Below are positions 60,207 through 64,000 of a DNA stretch of 64,000 bases, one piece after another. This DNA is from Promethearchaeota archaeon (GTDB taxonomy: Archaea > Asgardarchaeota > Lokiarchaeia > Sigyniarchaeales > SOKP01): the NCBI GenBank assembly GCA_048938855.1, contig JBHLLT010000005.1, positions 64,001 through 128,000 on the forward strand. The letters run 5' to 3'. The first letter of the stretch is position 1. Each line of letters opens with the position of its first letter. Under the pieces are notes generated by a model. That model searched no databases, was not told the DNA's origin, and saw nothing but the letters and a program-made list of their open reading frames with translations. The translations under genes were made by a program, and so were the position numbers.

Positions 60207-61016
60207 ATGATAGCATCTTCAAAAAAGTATGAGCTGTCAATTCTAAAATCTATATTATTAGTGTTAGGATCCTTTATGTCCAGTTATTGTTTAGGACTTA
60301 CCATTCACGAGATAGGGCATGCTATTGCACTCTCTTTAGCTGGAGCATCTGATATAAGAATATTCGTGCATCCTTTCTCTTTATCCTATTACAATAATAG
60401 CTCTTTACCCACAGATATAATGCCATTTATAGGGAGTATGGGACCACTTTTCAATCTCGGATGTGCAACAACAATTATTCTCGTATTATGGCGTAAACGT
60501 AATCCGAAACTTTTACCTTTATTGATGTGGGTTGGTATTGCTTATTTCAGTGAGGGTGTTTCTATTATAATGAATATTTCTGATATATCAATAACAAGTG
60601 ATTGGGGAAAAGTAATCATATTCGGAGGGATATCACCTATTATACTTGGAATTATTGGAGTTTTATTCATAACTCTTGGTTGCATATTAATACTCCTTCT
60701 ATTGCCATTAGAAAATATCTCTCCTCATGACTCAATCTGGAGAATCGGGTTAACATCAATCGGTTTTGTATTTTATTTTGCCTTTTCGTTAGTATATGTC
60801 TTAGCTCTTGACCCAATCAATATAACTGGTAGATTAATTGCACTCATATCAGCTTTATTCCTATTAATTTTTATTACAACTAGTTATAAACACGTTTTTC
60901 ATTTACTAGATCGTTTCTCACATACTAAAATTTCCTCAGCTAGTTGGTATACTGTTTTAATTGCACTTGGATCTGGTGTTGCTATTATTATAATCGATTT
61001 TGCCTTCTTTTATTAA
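60207..61016 (+). CDS. M50-like membrane metallopeptidase
   Basis: TM-embedded HEIGH, GPLFN, SDW; about 7-8 TM helices. Confidence 0.75.
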   Translation: MIASSKKYELSILKSILLVLGSFMSSYCLGLTIHEIGHAIALSLAGASDIRIFVHPFSLSYYNNSSLPTDIMPFIGSMGPLFNLGCATTIILVLWRKRNPKLLPLLMWVGIAYFSEGVSIIMNISDISITSDWGKVIIFGGISPIILGIIGVLFITLGCILILLLLPLENISPHDSIWRIGLTSIGFVFYFAFSLVYVLALDPINITGRLIALISALFLLIFITTSYKHVFHLLDRFSHTKISSASWYTVLIALGSGVAIIIIDFAFFY

Positions 61017-61184
61017 ATCAAATTTCTCAATTTTGTAAACAAACAAATTAACTATTAAAAAACCTAAGTCCATTTATAAAATAAGTTTTATGTCCCTTAT
61101 AAGAAAATTTTTGGAGATCTAAAAACTTCGATAAAGGAATTCAACATTCCAAATATAAAATTAAAGAAGAATTGAAAAAAATTT

Positions 61185-61535
61185 CTACAATATACTTTTG
61201 ATTTTTCTAGCTAACCTCTTAGCGCTTTCATCAGCACTCTCAAGAATCTTAAACATCTCCTCAGGATTGACTATTAAGGCCGCATCAAGAAGTTTTTGAA
61301 GACCAATTACAGTATTAATACGTTCATTCTTCTGAAGGTGGAAAATTACCATCCCTAATTGATTTTTCAGCTTACCCTTCTCGGATTCTAATGCCAATCG
61401 CAAAAGTGCGGGACAAACCTCCTCAATAGTTTCGCGACTCACTCGCCTAGCATACTCGTAAATTTCAGCCCTTTGGGCCTCTGTGAGCTGTTCAACCTTC
61501 TCCTCCAACTTAGATACTTGATTCAATTTTGACAT
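61185..61535 (-). CDS. Small all-helical hypothetical protein
   Basis: 116-aa ATG ORF with clear BRE/TATA upstream; higher GC than neighbours. Confidence 0.75.
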   Translation of the reverse strand: MSKLNQVSKLEEKVEQLTEAQRAEIYEYARRVSRETIEEVCPALLRLALESEKGKLKNQLGMVIFHLQKNERINTVIGLQKLLDAALIVNPEEMFKILESADESAKRLARKIKSIL

Positions 61536-61618
61536 TTTTCTTACTCACATCCCATTTTTTTGATTTTATAATTTTATTTTTTAATATTTTTTGACTATTT
61601 ACTATATTCTCACTCATA

Positions 61619-61638
61619 TATATAAATGTTTTCGGTCA
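61619..61638 (-). promoter_or_regulatory. Archaeal BRE-TATA promoter for 61185..61535
   Basis: Minus strand TGACCGAAAACA-TTTATATA. Confidence 0.7.
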
Positions 61639-61815
61639 AAAAAATGATTTTTTTTCGCGAATTCTGGCAAAATAAAAATTCTCATCTTTTTAATTTCTAC
61701 AAAATGACAGAAAAATGATCATTTAATCTAAGGGGATCTTTGTGGGCAAGAATAAATTTGCTTTAAATTTGATCTAGATATACGGAAACAAAACCGGAAT
61801 TCTTTTGACCGAAAA
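61629..61815. repeat. 13-bp perfect inverted repeat TTTTCGGTCAAAA / TTTTGACCGAAAA
   Basis: Arms at 61629-61641 and 61803-61815. Confidence 0.8.
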
Positions 61816-62047
61816 AAGCAAATTATGATGGGCAATGTCACCCTTCAGTCATATGACGACAAAAAAACGATCAACAATCGACATTCCACTTTTAATTATT
61901 AACAGATTTGATCACGATCGCCGTTTTCCGTTATAAAAAATGAATATTATTTTGAATAAGAAAATTTTAATTCCGAAAAAATAGGTGATAAGATTCATTA
62001 ATTTTGGCGTTATTATGTAAAAGGATGATCGTTCTACTGCTACTCAA

Positions 62048-62073
62048 TGATCGAAAAGCGACACATTTATATA
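62048..62073 (+). promoter_or_regulatory. Archaeal BRE-TATA promoter for 62126..62395
   Basis: TGATCGAAAAGCGACACA-TTTATATA; GAGGGA RBS-like sequence before the ATG. Confidence 0.65.
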
Positions 62074-62125
62074 TCAAATTTTATTATCATAAATTGTAAA
62101 ACAATAAAATAATTGAGGGAACAAG

Positions 62126-62395
62126 ATGGGTCAAATAAATATGGAAGAAAAATTGGATGATATGATGAGCTATTATAAAAAGATTCGCGAATCCTTAGCA
62201 GGGTTATCTGATATTGTAAATCTTAATTTTCGCGAGAAGGATTTCTACTATCAAGCTGCATTTGATAATTTAAAAGCTCTTCATGATAATGTATTAGAAG
62301 TATTAAAAGCTTCCTTTACTCCTCGTGAGATTCGGATGCGTTTACGCGAGTTAGAATTTGACGAGAAAGAAGCTGAGAAAGTCTTTCCATTATAA
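62126..62395 (+). CDS. Small helical hypothetical protein
   Basis: 89-aa ATG ORF with promoter, RBS-like site and T-rich 3' end. Confidence 0.75.
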   Translation: MGQINMEEKLDDMMSYYKKIRESLAGLSDIVNLNFREKDFYYQAAFDNLKALHDNVLEVLKASFTPREIRMRLRELEFDEKEAEKVFPL

Positions 62396-62411
62396 TTTTT
62401 TATATTAATAA

Positions 62412-62792
62412 TTAATAAGTATATACTACCAAAATCTTCTCCCAAAGATTTTTTCTATTCTTAACTATGATTAAAATCATTAAACCTCCCATAATTACAT
62501 AGTTCAGAATTCTCGCATATAGAAAACCTAATTCTAGATCTCCATTTACTGCAAAGGCTAGGACTAATAGCCCAACAATATCATAAGGATTTATGAATGG
62601 CCAAAAGATAGGATTGTATGGATGCATTAGGAAATCTAAAAGAATGTGGAATAAACTTCCCAGCATACATGATAACAAAAAATTAGGAGTTAATCTACAT
62701 ACTTTCTTTAGTTTTGTTTTATCAAGAGGAAAAATAAAAGATGTTAATATGGGGTAAAAGATAAATGTCATAAAGATATATCGGTATATCAA
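62412..62792 (-). pseudogene. C-terminal fragment of a membrane metal-dependent hydrolase (YdjM/DUF4184-like)
   Basis: 'G.L.HILLD...HP..PIFWPF' is the second-half motif; the N-terminal H and PD motifs are absent. Confidence 0.55.
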
Positions 62793-62942
62793 AAATCACC
62801 GAAAAACTGGACTACATATCTCTTAAATATAATTTTACTGATTTTTTAAATAATAAAAAATTTGTATGTGGAAATATAACATTGTTGGTTATTGAATGTT
62901 TGAAATCGACAATTTTCTTATATATAAAGCGTGAAAATTCAT

Positions 62943-64000
62943 ATGAAAAAAAGTTATGTGATATTTTTTGTTTTTATTAGTTTCTTTTTATTAAATTTCT
63001 TAAATACTCGATTGAGTATAACTACGAGCGCTTCATGTTTAAACTTTAAAATTAGAAACGATTATGGAGTTTATTTTGGTAATAATGAAGATCACGCTAT
63101 TCCCCAGATTTCTAACACCGTTATAACTTTTGTACCGAATGGCTCAATATGGTATGATGGCTCAACAATAATGTATGGAGCTGCTATACTTGGCTATACT
63201 AATGTAAGTGGATTAAGTTGGTTTCAAGGAGGGATGAATGAAAAGGGATTAGCATTTGATTTAACCTCTGTACCTTATACAACGCCAAATCTTCATAGCG
63301 AGAGACCGCAGAATTTAGTCCCGGAACTATTCAGTTGTGAAACAGTTACAGAAGTTATTGATTATAAAGCAGCACATGGAGTTTATCAACAAGAGGGAAG
63401 CATTCAATCAATGTATCTTGATATCACGGGGGAATCTGTAGTGATTAACATAGGGGTGGATGGTGAAATCGATTTTTTCCGTAATAATGAAACTTTTCAA
63501 TTAGCTTCTAATTATTATTTTAATGATACTTCACGAGGTAATCCAAGTTCAGATGCAATTAGAAGATATAATGCTGCGGAACAAAAACTTAAAGATATTA
63601 ACGCAAGTAGTCCTATCTCGATAGAATATATCATAAATGTTTTAGATGCAGCTCATTTTGAAGGACCACTTGTAAATACTTTATATTCGAACATTTTTGA
63701 CGTTGAAAACGGCATTATTTATCTGTATTATTTTCACCAATTTGGAGAAGTTGTAATATTAAATCTTGAAGAAGAATTAGCTAAAGGTTGGCATTCTTAT
63801 CGAATTTGTGATTTATTTTCTCAGGATCTTGTAGATAAAGCATTAAATGAATATCAAAATTATTCAATTTTGATACGATTTTTGCCAACTGATATCCTAC
63901 TTTTATTTGCGACAATTCTTCTTGATATAATTATTAGTATATACACAATATTTCTAATTATTAAGAAATTGGTCCATAAAATTGGTAAGCCTAACCAAGA
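62943..64000 (+). CDS. Secreted/membrane-anchored Ntn-hydrolase (choloylglycine hydrolase/penicillin V acylase-like), 3' partial
   Basis: Manual translation: signal peptide, then S-C-LNF (Cys nucleophile), FGNNED, QGGMNEKGL, D..G.SVVI, TLYSNIFD, C-terminal TM; no stop before window end. Confidence 0.85.
   Translation, partial: MKKSYVIFFVFISFFLLNFLNTRLSITTSASCLNFKIRNDYGVYFGNNEDHAIPQISNTVITFVPNGSIWYDGSTIMYGAAILGYTNVSGLSWFQGGMNEKGLAFDLTSVPYTTPNLHSERPQNLVPELFSCETVTEVIDYKAAHGVYQQEGSIQSMYLDITGESVVINIGVDGEIDFFRNNETFQLASNYYFNDTSRGNPSSDAIRRYNAAEQKLKDINASSPISIEYIINVLDAAHFEGPLVNTLYSNIFDVENGIIYLYYFHQFGEVVILNLEEELAKGWHSYRICDLFSQDLVDKALNEYQNYSILIRFLPTDILLLFATILLDIIISIYTIFLIIKKLVHKIGKPNQ

Noticed and set aside
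61740-61900. Replication origin (ORB-like GGAAACAAAA and TTCCAC)
   Set aside because: No full TTCCAxTGGAA ORB with G-string, no repeated ORBs, and no cdc6/orc1 gene in the window.
1-64000. tRNA, rRNA, CRISPR array, transposase or integrase
   Set aside because: No GC-rich structured RNA islands, spaced direct-repeat arrays or recombinase motifs were seen by eye; a covariance-model scan would be needed to exclude small RNAs.

Overview
AT-rich (visually ~27-30% GC) archaeal chromosomal window, most likely an Asgard archaeon of the Lokiarchaeia/Promethearchaeota lineage. This is inferred from the archaeal information genes (rpoD-rpl18e-rpl13-rps9, RIO2, Clp1, Lsm, TrmI, thermosome, TrpRS), four small-GTPase-fold genes, a gelsolin-like domain and a multi-PAS kinase. 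Metabolic genes include a split pyruvate/2-oxoacid:ferredoxin oxidoreductase operon, aroA/aroC, glyA, GTP-PEPCK and an hdrA::mvhD-hdrC-hdrB-metV-metF cluster. The window starts in the 5' end of mutS and ends in a partial Ntn-hydrolase; neither is in the ORF track. I saw no rRNA, tRNA, CRISPR array or transposase. Best candidates for undescribed biology: (1) a circularly permuted ATP-grasp ligase gene 1 bp upstream of an M14-like carboxypeptidase gene, a possible writer/eraser peptide-tagging pair, with a D/E-rich small protein nearby; (2) a gelsolin-like domain fused to a 4-TM membrane domain; (3) atypical small GTPases, one P-loop-dead and Rab-like, one with a natural Q-to-L change and a wHTH; (4) a palindrome- and GATC-rich divergent promoter region between two small unknown genes. 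All family calls come from motif recognition by eye, not database searches.
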